Under the pieces are notes generated by a model. The model ran no database searches. It saw only the letters and a program-made list of their open reading frames with translations, and was not told where the DNA came from. Source: Planctomycetota bacterium (lineage in GTDB: Bacteria > Planctomycetota > GCA-002687715 > CAIWVZ01). Taken from it: a stretch of DNA of 64,000 bases. The position numbers and the translations under genes were made by a program. The stretch is taken from the NCBI GenBank assembly GCA_044222185.1, contig JBGANV010000001.1:1408001-1472000 (forward strand). Direction: 5' to 3'. Each line of letters begins with the position of its first letter. Positions within the stretch are counted from its first letter, which is position 1. Positions 10,186 through 20,254 of this stretch are shown one piece after another.

Positions 10186-11388
10186 CTACTCGTGGCTCAT
10201 GGGCCCCTCAAGCGAGGCCGGCAGCGACCGCGAGGCGTGACGCGCGAGGAACGCGATGGTGAGAAATCCTGCAACGCAACAGGCGGCGGGCACGAACAGC
10301 GAGCCGTTCGCGCTTCCGAACGAACCGGCCGCGTAGCCCGCGAGCGGAGCGACGAGCGCGTTCGCGAGCCCGAGAACGGCCTCGTGCAGCCCCGCCGCCG
10401 AGCTCGCATCCCGTGGGAGCCGCAGAGAAAGAGCCAGCGACTGTGTGTACGCGATGCCGCCGCCGATCCCGTAAAGCGCCGCCGCGACGAGGAGCCAGGG
10501 AACGCTCGCCGAATTGAACAGGACGGCAACGCCGCCGAGGAGTGTGATGGGAACGCTGGCGAGCATCCCGACTCGCCCGACGAGCTGCGGCGTCCGTCGC
10601 AGCCATTCGAAGACGAGGATGTTCGACACGACGACCGTCGCGAGCATGAGGTTGCCCGTTCCCTCGCCCTCAGGTCCGGTGAATCCGCGGGCCGTCATGA
10701 GAGGCGCGTTCTGCGTCAGCAGCACGGTGAAGACCGCGCAGCCGAGGAAGATCCCGACCCACGCCATCCGCACCTTCGTCAAGAGCATGGGATCGCCCTG
10801 TCCGTCCTTCGAGCCCGTGCGCTGCTCGCGCGTGGGGCGTTGCCGGTCGGCCGGCGCCGCGAGCGCAATCAGCAAGCCGACTCCGGCAGCGAGGACGTAG
10901 GCATCGATCGTGTCGAGCCAGCCTCGCCCGAAGACGAGAGCGTTGACGCCGTAGCCCAGTGACTTCCCCACGCTCCAGCTCAGGCTGAACGCCGATGCAG
11001 CGCGTGCCAGGTCGGAGAATGCCTGGTCGGCCATGCGCGCCTGGATCGTGGGCCAGAACACGGCGCCGGCCGCACGAACGAGCATCATGCCGCACACGAA
11101 AACCGGGAGGGATGGCGCCACTCGGGCGACGACGCAGCCGGCAGCGATGGCGACGGCGGCCAACCGCATCACCGTCCTGCGACTCAGGCGATCAGTCCAT
11201 CGAGGGAACGCGAACGCCACGAGGCAGTAGATCGCATCCATCGCGAACCCGACACCTCCGAGTGCCGTCGGCGTCGCACCGAATGCACGCGTGGCGTGGA
11301 AGCTCAGCGCTCCCAGCGCGACGTGCACGCAGAAGTCGGCGAGCCCCGCGGTGATCAGGAGCCGGGTGTCGAGGAGGCGCTGGCGCAT
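10186..11388 (-). CDS. MFS transporter
   Basis: About 12 hydrophobic segments; motif-A-like WTDRLSRR and VGRVG. Start trimmed to MRQRL. Confidence 0.75.
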   Translation of the reverse strand: MRQRLLDTRLLITAGLADFCVHVALGALSFHATRAFGATPTALGGVGFAMDAIYCLVAFAFPRWTDRLSRRTVMRLAAVAIAAGCVVARVAPSLPVFVCGMMLVRAAGAVFWPTIQARMADQAFSDLARAASAFSLSWSVGKSLGYGVNALVFGRGWLDTIDAYVLAAGVGLLIALAAPADRQRPTREQRTGSKDGQGDPMLLTKVRMAWVGIFLGCAVFTVLLTQNAPLMTARGFTGPEGEGTGNLMLATVVVSNILVFEWLRRTPQLVGRVGMLASVPITLLGGVAVLFNSASVPWLLVAAALYGIGGGIAYTQSLALSLRLPRDASSAAGLHEAVLGLANALVAPLAGYAAGSFGSANGSLFVPAACCVAGFLTIAFLARHASRSLPASLEGPMSHE

Positions 11389-12281
11389 GGACGGAAGTAG
11401 GCACCGTACCGGAAGAAGTCGAGCAGGATATGCGCGAGGAATGGCGTCAACCAGACCGGATGGAGGAGGAAGCCCGACTGCGGGCCCAGGTCCCACCAGT
11501 CCATGAGATCCGGAAAGAGCGCGCCATCAGGAAACCAGATCGACCGCGACGCGATCCACCATTCCGCGAACGCTGCGGCGAGCGCGAGCAGCACGGCCGG
11601 CCAACGAAGCACGGCCCTCAGCTCGAAGGCTCCGACGACGAGCGCCGGCACGGCATGAAGGACGAGAATCGCCCACATCACGAGTTCGGGACCGGGCGCC
11701 ACGAGCAGGTTCGCAGCGAACACACCTGCGATCGGGACCAGCCACGAGTCCCGCACGCGGGACGCCCCGTGTCGCATGAGGTCGAACGCGAGGATCGCCG
11801 CGCCGACCGTGGACACGGAGAGCGGAAGCCACGCCTCCACGCGCTGCGTGAAGGCAGGAAGACCCGACATGCCAAACCAGGACACGAGGCCATCGTCGGG
11901 CTCGTATTTCGCCGATCTGAGGACCGTCAGGCCCATGGCCCCGATCACCAGCAACGCGTCGCCGATCAGCGGACCCGCTGCGTTCCGCGCGTCAGGCAAG
12001 CGCGCTCGGAATCGCCACTGCCACCAGGAAACACCTGCGTGGACGACCATGGCCCAGAACACCACCCTCCAGAACAGGAGATCGCCGCGATTCGAGTTCA
12101 CGTAGAGCCCGATGGCCTCACCGAATCCGATCGCGAGAGCCAGCAGCACGACGGCGCGTCCACCAGGTCCGACGCCGTCTCGACGGAACGACGGCGGCGT
12201 CGCCAGAGAGAGCCACTGGTGGGCACGCTCGAAGCAGAACGCGCCGACGAGGCCCCAGAACCCGACCGCGGGCAGCGTCAC
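11355..12281 (-). CDS. Hypothetical polytopic membrane protein
   Basis: Multiple hydrophobic segments; GTGA overlap with the stop codon of the upstream oxidoreductase suggests translational coupling. Confidence 0.6.
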   Translation of the reverse strand: MTLPAVGFWGLVGAFCFERAHQWLSLATPPSFRRDGVGPGGRAVVLLALAIGFGEAIGLYVNSNRGDLLFWRVVFWAMVVHAGVSWWQWRFRARLPDARNAAGPLIGDALLVIGAMGLTVLRSAKYEPDDGLVSWFGMSGLPAFTQRVEAWLPLSVSTVGAAILAFDLMRHGASRVRDSWLVPIAGVFAANLLVAPGPELVMWAILVLHAVPALVVGAFELRAVLRWPAVLLALAAAFAEWWIASRSIWFPDGALFPDLMDWWDLGPQSGFLLHPVWLTPFLAHILLDFFRYGAYFRPCASASSTPGS

Positions 12282-13834
12282 AACCAGCTCCCGTCACGAT
12301 TCCCGAGGAAGGCCAGTGCGGCCTCAGCCGCGCGCACCCCCCATTGGAGGGCGCCGTCCGCAGATGGAATCCCGGCTGCATCGGAGCCGGCCAGCCAGAA
12401 GGGAGAAGGAAGAACGCGCAGCGCGGGCACCACCTTGGTGAGGAATCCCGGGTGCGGTCGCGCGGTGCCGTGCCCGAGGCGAAGGATGTGCGCGGACACC
12501 GCGCATTCCGAGATGTCCGGAAAGACGCGCGTGAGGTCCGGCAGTACGTAATCGAGCGCGCCATCCTCGTCCAGTCCGCCGACGAGGCTCCGTGCGGCCT
12601 CGACGTGTCGCGACGTGAACGGCCGCTGATCGACCAGGACGCGCGTCCGTCCGTCGGTGACGTGCGTCAGTCGCGCGGACGGACCCATCCGAGGCACGTG
12701 GAACGCCGCGCGCGCGTCGAACCCGCTGGGCCAACGCGAGAGCTCGAGCGCGGTGACGAGCCACGGCGTTCGCGGCGTCGCGAGCGCGCCCGCGAGGGCT
12801 GGCGGCGGATCGTGAAACAGCCTCCGCGCCGTGAACGCCGGCACGGCGAAGATGACGGCGTCAGCCGTCCACTCCGTGACGCGGGCGTCGTAGGCATTCG
12901 CCACGATGACCGAGGCTCGACCTTCGGCTGCGCCGACGCGCAGCGCGACCTCCGCACCGCGTGAGTTCGGGCCCAGGCGACGAGCGAGCTCCTTGGCGAG
13001 AGTGGCGGCCCCACGCCCGGCGACGTCCGCCGGGAGGCCGTCGTTCGCGCCGCGGAGGACGGCGTCGTCCGCGAGTGCGGCCGCACTCACGCAGTCGAGC
13101 GGAGCGCCGAACCGCGCGCGACACCAGCGCTCGATCCGCGGCGTGGCGTCGGCATGCGCGCGCCCCTCCGTCGCGAGCCATTGCGCGACGTTCAGGTCGT
13201 CGAGGTCGGCGAATGCCGTCGACGGACCTGTCGCCGTGCCTCGCGACGCAGACCTCCGCTTTTGAAATGCCTCGATGAGTGAAATCCAACCGCTCTCTTC
13301 CGGGAGCTCCGCCGCGGTGGTCCAGCCGTCGGGGCCGAACACGCGCTCCGTCGGACGCGCTCCCGCGGATTCAGGCCGCGATTCCGTGCGGCTCGCCGTG
13401 GCGAGAAGACCCGCGTCGGCCAGCAGCCGCCTCCCCCACGGCTCGCTGATTCTGCCCGCATGGAGCGCGACGCAGCCCAGCGGCACGTCGGCGATCGAGC
13501 CGATTCCCGCCGTGCGCGCCACACCACCAACGCCATCTTCGACTTCGAACAGGACGACGTCCTCGATACCCGCTGCGCGCACGCGCCAGGCCGCGCTCAC
13601 ACCGCCCAAGCCGCCGCCGATGACGACGACGCGCGCCGACGCCTTGCGATCGACCGAGATCGCCTTCGCGTCACGCCGCATCCAACCGTGACCTCGTTCC
13701 AGAGACGCCCCGATGAATCGAACCGGGATCGAGGGTTCGGGCCTCCGCTTCGCGGTCACGCGTACGACGGATGCGCCGAGGGCACCGACCAGGAAGGCGC
13801 GGCGCGACATTCGTGTGTTCAGCGGAAGGGGCAT
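12278..13834 (-). CDS. FAD-dependent oxidoreductase (amine oxidase/HemY-like) with Tat-like signal
   Basis: SRRAFL twin-arginine motif; VVVIGGGLGGVSAA and EVEDGVGG Rossmann motifs; C-terminal WLAGSD...ADGALQWG. Alternative start at 13810. Confidence 0.75.
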   Translation of the reverse strand: MPLPLNTRMSRRAFLVGALGASVVRVTAKRRPEPSIPVRFIGASLERGHGWMRRDAKAISVDRKASARVVVIGGGLGGVSAAWRVRAAGIEDVVLFEVEDGVGGVARTAGIGSIADVPLGCVALHAGRISEPWGRRLLADAGLLATASRTESRPESAGARPTERVFGPDGWTTAAELPEESGWISLIEAFQKRRSASRGTATGPSTAFADLDDLNVAQWLATEGRAHADATPRIERWCRARFGAPLDCVSAAALADDAVLRGANDGLPADVAGRGAATLAKELARRLGPNSRGAEVALRVGAAEGRASVIVANAYDARVTEWTADAVIFAVPAFTARRLFHDPPPALAGALATPRTPWLVTALELSRWPSGFDARAAFHVPRMGPSARLTHVTDGRTRVLVDQRPFTSRHVEAARSLVGGLDEDGALDYVLPDLTRVFPDISECAVSAHILRLGHGTARPHPGFLTKVVPALRVLPSPFWLAGSDAAGIPSADGALQWGVRAAEAALAFLGNRDGSWL

Positions 13835-13943
13835 GGACGGATCGTCGAGTGGCTGAGACGATACCGCCCTTCGCTCACCGCTCGAAGACGAGCCCGCTCG
13901 GGACGACGCCCGTGCGGCAAGCTGCGGGATCATCCACGCCACG

Positions 13944-16796
13944 ATGGAAGAAGCACTGAAAGCGGACGCGGCCCGTGACCGCGTGGGGCACTTCCGCCTG
14001 TTGCGCCACCTGGGAAGCGGCGGTCAGGGGACCGTCCACCTCGCCGAGGACACTCGCCTTCACCGCAACGTGGCGCTGAAGATCCTCCGGGAGCGCGGTG
14101 GCGGCCACGACGACCGGATCGAGCGCTTCTGGCGTGAAGCGTCGATCGCGTCGCGCCTGGATCATCCGAGCATCTGCGCCATCCACGAGGCCGGGCTCAT
14201 CGATGGCGTCCCGTGCATCGCCATGCGGTACGTCGATGGCGAATCACTCGCGCAGCGAATCGCCCGAGACTGGCTGCACGGGCCTGACCCTGTCGCGCCG
14301 ACGAAGATCTCGCCCCCGGCGACGGGTGTGCCACCGAGCGGATCGGAGACCGTGCCCATGCCGGTCGGGGCGTTCCCGGGCGCTGCCCCAGCGCACGACG
14401 TCGGCTGCCGCGGCCCACGCATCGACGAGGTACTCCTGGTGATCGAGCAGGTCGCGAGGGCGCTCGACGTGGCGCACGACGCCGGGGTGATCCACCGAGA
14501 CATCAAGCCCGGGAACGTCATGCTCGCTCGGGATGGCACTCCCGTGATCCTCGACTTCGGACTCGCTCGCGCGGACGAGAGCTCGGGCCCCACGCTCACG
14601 GCTACGGCTCAGCGCACGGGCACGCCCGCGTACATGTCACCGGAGCAGATCCTGCTGCCCGGATCGTCCCTCGACCGGCGGACGGACGTCTACGCGCTCG
14701 GGGTCGTGCTCTTCGAGTGGCTCACCGGGCGTCGCCCCTTCGAAGCACCCACGCTCGACGCGCTCTATCACCAGATTCTCGACTCGCTCCCTCCGGACCC
14801 CCGACCGTGGAACGGCGCCGTCTCGCGAGATCTCGCTGCGGTCGTTCTGGCCGCGATCGAGCGCGAGCGGGATCGCCGGTACGCGACGGCGAAGGCGTTC
14901 GCGGACGACCTGCGCGCCGTGCGCGCGTCACTCCCCGTGTCGGTCGCCCACCGATCGCGGATCGGCCGATTGACTCGCTGGGCACGGCAGCGGCCGGCCG
15001 CGGCGGCACTGTTCGCCGTCCTCGCGTTGGGCATACCGGTGGTCGCCGGTCTGGCCGGCTGGCTGTGGCGAAACATGCCCGAAGTCGAACGTGCACGGTT
15101 GCAGGCTGCGGAGGTGGCCTGCGACGCGGAGGTCGAGGATGCGTTCGTCAAATTGCTCGACCACGACCTTATCGGCGCGGCCGCCGCGTTCGATCGCGCG
15201 CTGGCGCTCTCGCCTCGCGCCGACGCGCTCGCAGGCGCCATGGTCACGTGCATCAACCGCCGCGATGCCGCTCGGGAGGTCGCGCTTGCGGATGCGCATC
15301 CCGAGCTGCTGGCGCAGTCCGTCGCGCTTCGCGCCATGCGAACGCAGGCCGCCGGCGTCCTGACCGGCGATCCGAGACCCATCGTCTTCGAGAAGACCGG
15401 CGGGCAGGTGACCGCCCTCGACTTCTTCATCCGCGGCTGCATGGAGACGATGCAGGCTGAACGGCTCCCGGCCGACGCCGCGAAACAGGCGCTCGCGAGG
15501 TTCGAAGCCGCCATCGCCCGCGCCGAACGTCCCAACCGACTCTTCCACATGCTGGCGATCCGCACGGCGGGCGAAGCGGGCGAACTGGCTGTCCTCAAGC
15601 GGTACTGCGCCGCAGCGACGTCGCTGTGGCCCAGGTCGGTCCACGTCCGGCTTTATTGCGGCACGGCGCTCTCGACCTTCGACGAGCGCGCCGCACTCGC
15701 GGAACTCGACGAGGCGCTCCGCCTGCGTCCGGGTTGGGTGAAGGCGGAGTTGCTGCGAGCGAAGGTCCTCCTGCGCCGCGGCGACGCCACGGCCGCGCGC
15801 GCGGCCCTGGAAACCGCACTCGGACACGAGCCGGATTCGGCCGAGGTCCACAACTGGCTCGGGGTCATCGATGCGCAGTCCGGCGACGATGCCGCCGCGG
15901 TCACGCACTACCGTCGAGCCGTGGACCTCAGCCCGGAATGGGTCGTCCCGTGGACCCACCTGAGCACGAGCCTCGGTCGACTCGATGACCTCGCCGGTGC
16001 GATGGACGCAGCCGAGCACGCGACCCGGTGTGGCCCCGACTCTCCCATCGCGTGGGGTGACCTCGGTCTCGCCAGGAGCGCGCTCCAGGAGAATGCCGGA
16101 GCAGCCGCAGCCTTCCGCCGCGCCGTCGAGTTGGCGCCCGGTGACACGCTCGCCGCGTGTCGGCTCGCGCGCGAGCTTCTCACGATCGGGGAGTTCTCCG
16201 AGGCGACGCGTGTCCTCGACGCCGCGCGGGCGCACTCGACTCCCTACGATCGCTGGCACGAGATGATCGAATCTCTCGCTACGCGCGCCGCGTCGCTCGA
16301 AGCCGGGGCCGCCGTCGCGGAGGTCGCGCGAGCCCGAACTCGCGAGATCGACGACGAGACCGAGGCTCCCGTCGCCGCCGAGGTGGCCGCGCGCCGTGGT
16401 TGGTTCGACGTCGCATTCGAGCTGTTCCTGCGCGCGGAGGTCGCCGTCCCCGATCTCTTCGACAGCGGGGACCCCGAACTTGGGCTCCTCGCGGCCCGGT
16501 CGGCGGTCGCCGGTCTCGCGGACGCAACGGCGCCGCCGAGGCGCGACGGATCTCGGCTCGCCGCGGCTCGGCGGTGGCTGGTCGCGCTCCTTGGGCGGCA
16601 CCGGTCCGGTCTCGAGAGAGACGAGATCGACATCTCGATCAGTCACGCGACCTTCGTCGGGCTCCGAAGCGCGCGGTGCTTCGACGCCGTTCGGGGCGAA
16701 CGTCTTACAGCGTTGGAGCCCGCGGAACGCAAGGAGTGGTTCGCGCTCTGGGCGGACGTCGACCAGTTCATCGTCGAGTCAGCTCCGCGCCGCTGA
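13944..16796 (+). CDS. Hanks-type Ser/Thr protein kinase with a TM segment and TPR repeats
   Basis: LGSGGQGTV, VALK, HRDIKPGN, DFG, GTPAYMSPEQ, DVYALG; TM segment AAALFAVLALGIPVVAGLAGWLW; TPR repeats (YRRAVDLSP, FRRAVELAP). Confidence 0.92.
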   Translation: MEEALKADAARDRVGHFRLLRHLGSGGQGTVHLAEDTRLHRNVALKILRERGGGHDDRIERFWREASIASRLDHPSICAIHEAGLIDGVPCIAMRYVDGESLAQRIARDWLHGPDPVAPTKISPPATGVPPSGSETVPMPVGAFPGAAPAHDVGCRGPRIDEVLLVIEQVARALDVAHDAGVIHRDIKPGNVMLARDGTPVILDFGLARADESSGPTLTATAQRTGTPAYMSPEQILLPGSSLDRRTDVYALGVVLFEWLTGRRPFEAPTLDALYHQILDSLPPDPRPWNGAVSRDLAAVVLAAIERERDRRYATAKAFADDLRAVRASLPVSVAHRSRIGRLTRWARQRPAAAALFAVLALGIPVVAGLAGWLWRNMPEVERARLQAAEVACDAEVEDAFVKLLDHDLIGAAAAFDRALALSPRADALAGAMVTCINRRDAAREVALADAHPELLAQSVALRAMRTQAAGVLTGDPRPIVFEKTGGQVTALDFFIRGCMETMQAERLPADAAKQALARFEAAIARAERPNRLFHMLAIRTAGEAGELAVLKRYCAAATSLWPRSVHVRLYCGTALSTFDERAALAELDEALRLRPGWVKAELLRAKVLLRRGDATAARAALETALGHEPDSAEVHNWLGVIDAQSGDDAAAVTHYRRAVDLSPEWVVPWTHLSTSLGRLDDLAGAMDAAEHATRCGPDSPIAWGDLGLARSALQENAGAAAAFRRAVELAPGDTLAACRLARELLTIGEFSEATRVLDAARAHSTPYDRWHEMIESLATRAASLEAGAAVAEVARARTREIDDETEAPVAAEVAARRGWFDVAFELFLRAEVAVPDLFDSGDPELGLLAARSAVAGLADATAPPRRDGSRLAAARRWLVALLGRHRSGLERDEIDISISHATFVGLRSARCFDAVRGERLTALEPAERKEWFALWADVDQFIVESAPRR

Positions 16797-16835
16797 CGGC
16801 TTGCACGTGACGAGGCCAAGCCCTAAGCTCTCGCC

Positions 16836-17126
16836 GTGATCGTCGGTGGATTGAACCGCAAGCTCGTGTCGGTCGTGTTGTCGGCGTGGATTCTCGCCGG
16901 CATCGCCGCGTCGCTCCACCACCACGGTTCGACGACGACGTCGAGCGACCACGGGTCCTGCGCGGTGTGCATCACGGCCGACGCACCCGCACTCGCGGTC
17001 GCCCACCAACCCACGCGCGTCCAGGAACCGACCGTCGCGGCGATCGTCATCGACGTCCGCACACTCCTGCCCGAGGACGCGTTCTTCGACCGGCCGCTCG
17101 CCCGCGGCCCGCCGTCGCACTCCTGA
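16836..17126 (+). CDS. DUF2946-like upstream ORF / putative metal-responsive leader (arrest) peptide
   Basis: Hydrophobic N-terminus, HHH, CAVC and C-terminal ARGPPSHS; located directly upstream of a metal uptake operon. Start could also be TTG 16851. Confidence 0.7.
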   Translation: MIVGGLNRKLVSVVLSAWILAGIAASLHHHGSTTTSSDHGSCAVCITADAPALAVAHQPTRVQEPTVAAIVIDVRTLLPEDAFFDRPLARGPPSHS

Positions 17127-17143
17127 TCGAGAGTCAGTCGTCG

Positions 17144-17219
17144 GCCCGGAATCTGTCCGGGCGCACCGTCGTTCGCGTCGCGATCGACGGTCCCAACTCG
17201 ATTTCAGGAGAGTTCCTCC
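17144..17219 (+). promoter_or_regulatory. Two stem-loops plus a possibly sequestered SD between the leader ORF and the OM barrel gene
   Basis: GCCCGGA-atctg-TCCGGGC (17144-17162); ACCGTCG...CGACGGT (17165-17191); AGGAG (17206-17210) can pair with TTCCT/CTCC just before ATG 17220. Confidence 0.45.
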
Positions 17220-18590
17220 ATGTCGTTTTCACGTCGTTCGGCGGCCGTCGTGGCCGCGTGGATCGCCGCTTCGCTCGTCGCTCGTGCCCAGGATTCGCGG
17301 AACTTCGAGCAGCGGCTTCAGGAAGTGCAATCGCGTTACGAGGCCCGCATCCAAGCACTCGAGGACCAGGTTCGTGGACTCCTCTCGTCTGCCGCAGAGC
17401 ACGATGCCGCGGCCCAGTCCGAGAAGGTCGATCAGCAGGTCGAACGGCAAGTGGGCGTCCTCCTCGGCAGCGGGGCCATGGGACGACTGGACCAGACGAC
17501 CCGCTATGACAACCGGTTCAACCCGGCGATCGGGGTCGTCGGTGACTTCGTCTTCGTCGCATCCGGCCAGCGCGACTCGTTCGACTTCCACGATCAGTTC
17601 GACCACCGCGGCGCCGAGGTGAACATCCTCGGGCGGATCGATCCGTCGGCCTACTACGCAGCGGTCATCCACGCGCGGCCGGACTCGGTCGAACTCGAGG
17701 AAGCGTACGGCGTCGTCGACCAGGGCCTCATCGACACGCTTTCGTTGCGTGCGGGGAAGTTCCACTACGACTTCGGCAAGCTCGGGCCCGTGCACGCGCA
17801 CGAACTGCCGTTCGTCGACACGCCCGCCGTGTTCCAAGACTACTTCGGCGGCTCGCCCATCGGGACCGGACTCGAGCTGCATCATTGGTTCGGGATCGGC
17901 GACGTCCCCATCCGCTGGTCCGTCGGCGTCATGAACGGACCAGAGGGCGACGCGGAGCCCGTCGTCGGACCACTGGCAGGCGCGGAGGAGGGCGGAGAAT
18001 CCGCACCCGCGTTCGGACGTCGTTCGATCGAGAACTTCGCCTACCACGCCCGGGTGACCACGCTGTTCGACGTCGCCGAAAACCACTCGCTCCAGTTGGG
18101 CACGTCGGCCATGTGGGCACCCGAGGCGACGGCATTCGAAGTCGACGCGATGGACCCCGACGCGACGATCAAACGGACGTTCGAAGACCTGATCCTGGGA
18201 TTGGACCTGACGTACCAGTGGCAGGATCCGAGTCGGCCCGAGTGGTTCGTGTTCGGCGGCGAGGTGCTCTACAGCGATCAGGACTTCATCGACGACGCGA
18301 GCACCACGGTCGTTCGGAAGGACGCCCTCGGCTTCTACGTCTTCGCGGAGTTCGGCTTCGACCAGCACTGGTCCATCGGCGGCTTCTTCGACCGCGTCGA
18401 ACGCGCGTTCGATCGAGACAAGCTATGGGTCGGCGGCGGCGTCTTCGTCACTTGGAAGATCGATGAGTTCAACCGCGTGCGCCTGCAGACGGAATACGTG
18501 AGCGACGAGTTGCTCGCCGACGAGTACGTCGCCGTCATGCTCCAGTGGACGACGCTCATCGGAAGTCACGCACACCCGCTCAACTGGTGA
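17220..18590 (+). CDS. Outer-membrane beta-barrel, zinc-regulated receptor/porin-like, with N-terminal coiled coil
   Basis: Signal peptide, coiled coil, FNPAIGVVGDF, ELEEAY, FGKLGPVHAHE; amphipathic strands; C-terminal IGSHAHPLNW. Confidence 0.75.
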   Translation: MSFSRRSAAVVAAWIAASLVARAQDSRNFEQRLQEVQSRYEARIQALEDQVRGLLSSAAEHDAAAQSEKVDQQVERQVGVLLGSGAMGRLDQTTRYDNRFNPAIGVVGDFVFVASGQRDSFDFHDQFDHRGAEVNILGRIDPSAYYAAVIHARPDSVELEEAYGVVDQGLIDTLSLRAGKFHYDFGKLGPVHAHELPFVDTPAVFQDYFGGSPIGTGLELHHWFGIGDVPIRWSVGVMNGPEGDAEPVVGPLAGAEEGGESAPAFGRRSIENFAYHARVTTLFDVAENHSLQLGTSAMWAPEATAFEVDAMDPDATIKRTFEDLILGLDLTYQWQDPSRPEWFVFGGEVLYSDQDFIDDASTTVVRKDALGFYVFAEFGFDQHWSIGGFFDRVERAFDRDKLWVGGGVFVTWKIDEFNRVRLQTEYVSDELLADEYVAVMLQWTTLIGSHAHPLNW

Positions 18591-18602
18591 GAGGAGAAAC
18601 CC

Positions 18603-19535
18603 ATGAATCGCAACATCTCCCGAGTCACTTGTCTCGTTGCGGCACTCACCGTCGGAACGATCGCGCAGGACATCAAGGTCATCGCGACCACGCAGGATCT
18701 GGCGGACATCGCCGGACGGATTGGAGGCAAGCTCGTCGACGTCGAGTCCATCGCGAAGGGCGACCAGGACATCCACCGCATCGTCGCCAAGCCCCAGCAC
18801 CTCTTGAAGCTGAAGCGCGCGGACTTCCTCCTCCAGATGGGGCTGGACATGGAGCACGCCTGGATCCCCGCGCTCGTCGAGGCGACACACAACGACAGGA
18901 TCAGGCCCGGCGGTCCTGGCTTCGTCAATTGCTCGACGGGCATCGCGCCACTCGCGGTCCCGCAGTCGCTCGACCGGTCGCGCGGCGTGGACTTTCACCC
19001 GCGGGGCAACCCGCACTTCAACATCGACCCGGAGGGCGGACGGATCATCGCGAAGAACATCCTGGCGGCCTTCACCGCGGCGTACCCGCAGCACGCCGAC
19101 GCGTTCAAGGCAAACCATGCGGCGTTCATCGCGGACCTGGATGCCCGCATCGCGACATGGGCCAGGATCGCCGAGCCGCTGAAGGGGCGGAAGTTCGTCA
19201 CCCGTCACTCGAGCTTCCCGTATCTCGCGGCGCGCTACGGGTTCTCGATCGTCGCCGACCTGGAGCCGAAACCCGGGGTGGAGCCGACTCCCGCGCACGT
19301 GAAGTCGGTCATCGATCTCATCAAGAAGGAGGGCGTCGCCGCCGTGATCGTCCCCCCGTACCTGAACGACGGGCTCGCAAAGCGCGTGGCGGAGGACGGT
19401 GGGTGCAAGCTCGTCGTGCTCCCCCTCGGCGTCACGGGCACGGCGCCGGCGGCGACCTACCTGGACTACCTCGACCACGTCATTTCGACTCTCGCGAAGG
19501 CGTGCACGGATTCGAGCACGCCACCAACGAAGTGA
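18603..19535 (+). CDS. Zn/Mn-type metal ABC transporter substrate-binding protein (ZnuA/TroA family)
   Basis: KVIATTQDLADIA, DIH, HPRGNPHFNIDP, RHSSFPYLA, EPKPGVEPTPAH. Confidence 0.9.
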   Translation: MNRNISRVTCLVAALTVGTIAQDIKVIATTQDLADIAGRIGGKLVDVESIAKGDQDIHRIVAKPQHLLKLKRADFLLQMGLDMEHAWIPALVEATHNDRIRPGGPGFVNCSTGIAPLAVPQSLDRSRGVDFHPRGNPHFNIDPEGGRIIAKNILAAFTAAYPQHADAFKANHAAFIADLDARIATWARIAEPLKGRKFVTRHSSFPYLAARYGFSIVADLEPKPGVEPTPAHVKSVIDLIKKEGVAAVIVPPYLNDGLAKRVAEDGGCKLVVLPLGVTGTAPAATYLDYLDHVISTLAKACTDSSTPPTK

Positions 19536-19591
19536 CCGGCGGACGGCGCGTTGGAATCGACTCCTCACGCGGACCCGATGGAGGATCGCCC

Positions 19592-20254
19592 ATGGACGGC
19601 GCGCTGATCCGATGCCGAGACCTCGCGATCGGACGCGGCAACGTGCCACTGGTTTCGGGAATCGCCTTCGAGGTCGCCCCGGGTGAACTGCTCGCCGTAG
19701 TCGGGCCGAACGGCTCGGGGAAGTCCACGCTCCTGCAGACCCTGCTCGGCGCGCTCGACCCCGTGTCGGGCTGCGTCGAGTTTCCGGCGACCCGCACGCG
19801 ACCTCCGGTAGCGCTGGTGTCACAAGCCGACTCGGTGGATCCCATCTATCCGTTCTCGGTCGGCGAGATCCTGCGGAGCGCGCGCTTCGCTCACGCTCGG
19901 CTCGGGTCCATCGACTCGGCACTCGAAGAAGTCGGGCTGGCAGGATTCCAGCGGAGAGTGTTCAGCAGTCTCTCCGGCGGAGAGCGGCAGCGCGTCCTGC
20001 TCGCGCGCGCGCTCCTCTCCGGTTGCCGCCTCCTCCTTCTCGACGAACCGACGTCGGCCGTCGATTTCGCGTCCGAGGAGCAGCTCAATGCCCTCGTGTC
20101 GGCTGCGCTCTCCCGCCGCGGACTCGCGGCGATCGTGGTCTCACATCGCGTCGATGCGATCGCACGCCATGCCACGCGCATGTTGCGACTCGATGGGACG
20201 GCTCGCCTGGAGGATGCCGGCGCCGCCACATCGCGTCCCGGAGTCCACGCATGA
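19592..20254 (+). CDS. Metal ABC transporter ATP-binding protein (ZnuC-like)
   Basis: GPNGSGKST, LSGGERQRVLLARAL, LLLDEPT, VSH. Start trimmed to MDGAL. Confidence 0.9.
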   Translation: MDGALIRCRDLAIGRGNVPLVSGIAFEVAPGELLAVVGPNGSGKSTLLQTLLGALDPVSGCVEFPATRTRPPVALVSQADSVDPIYPFSVGEILRSARFAHARLGSIDSALEEVGLAGFQRRVFSSLSGGERQRVLLARALLSGCRLLLLDEPTSAVDFASEEQLNALVSAALSRRGLAAIVVSHRVDAIARHATRMLRLDGTARLEDAGAATSRPGVHA

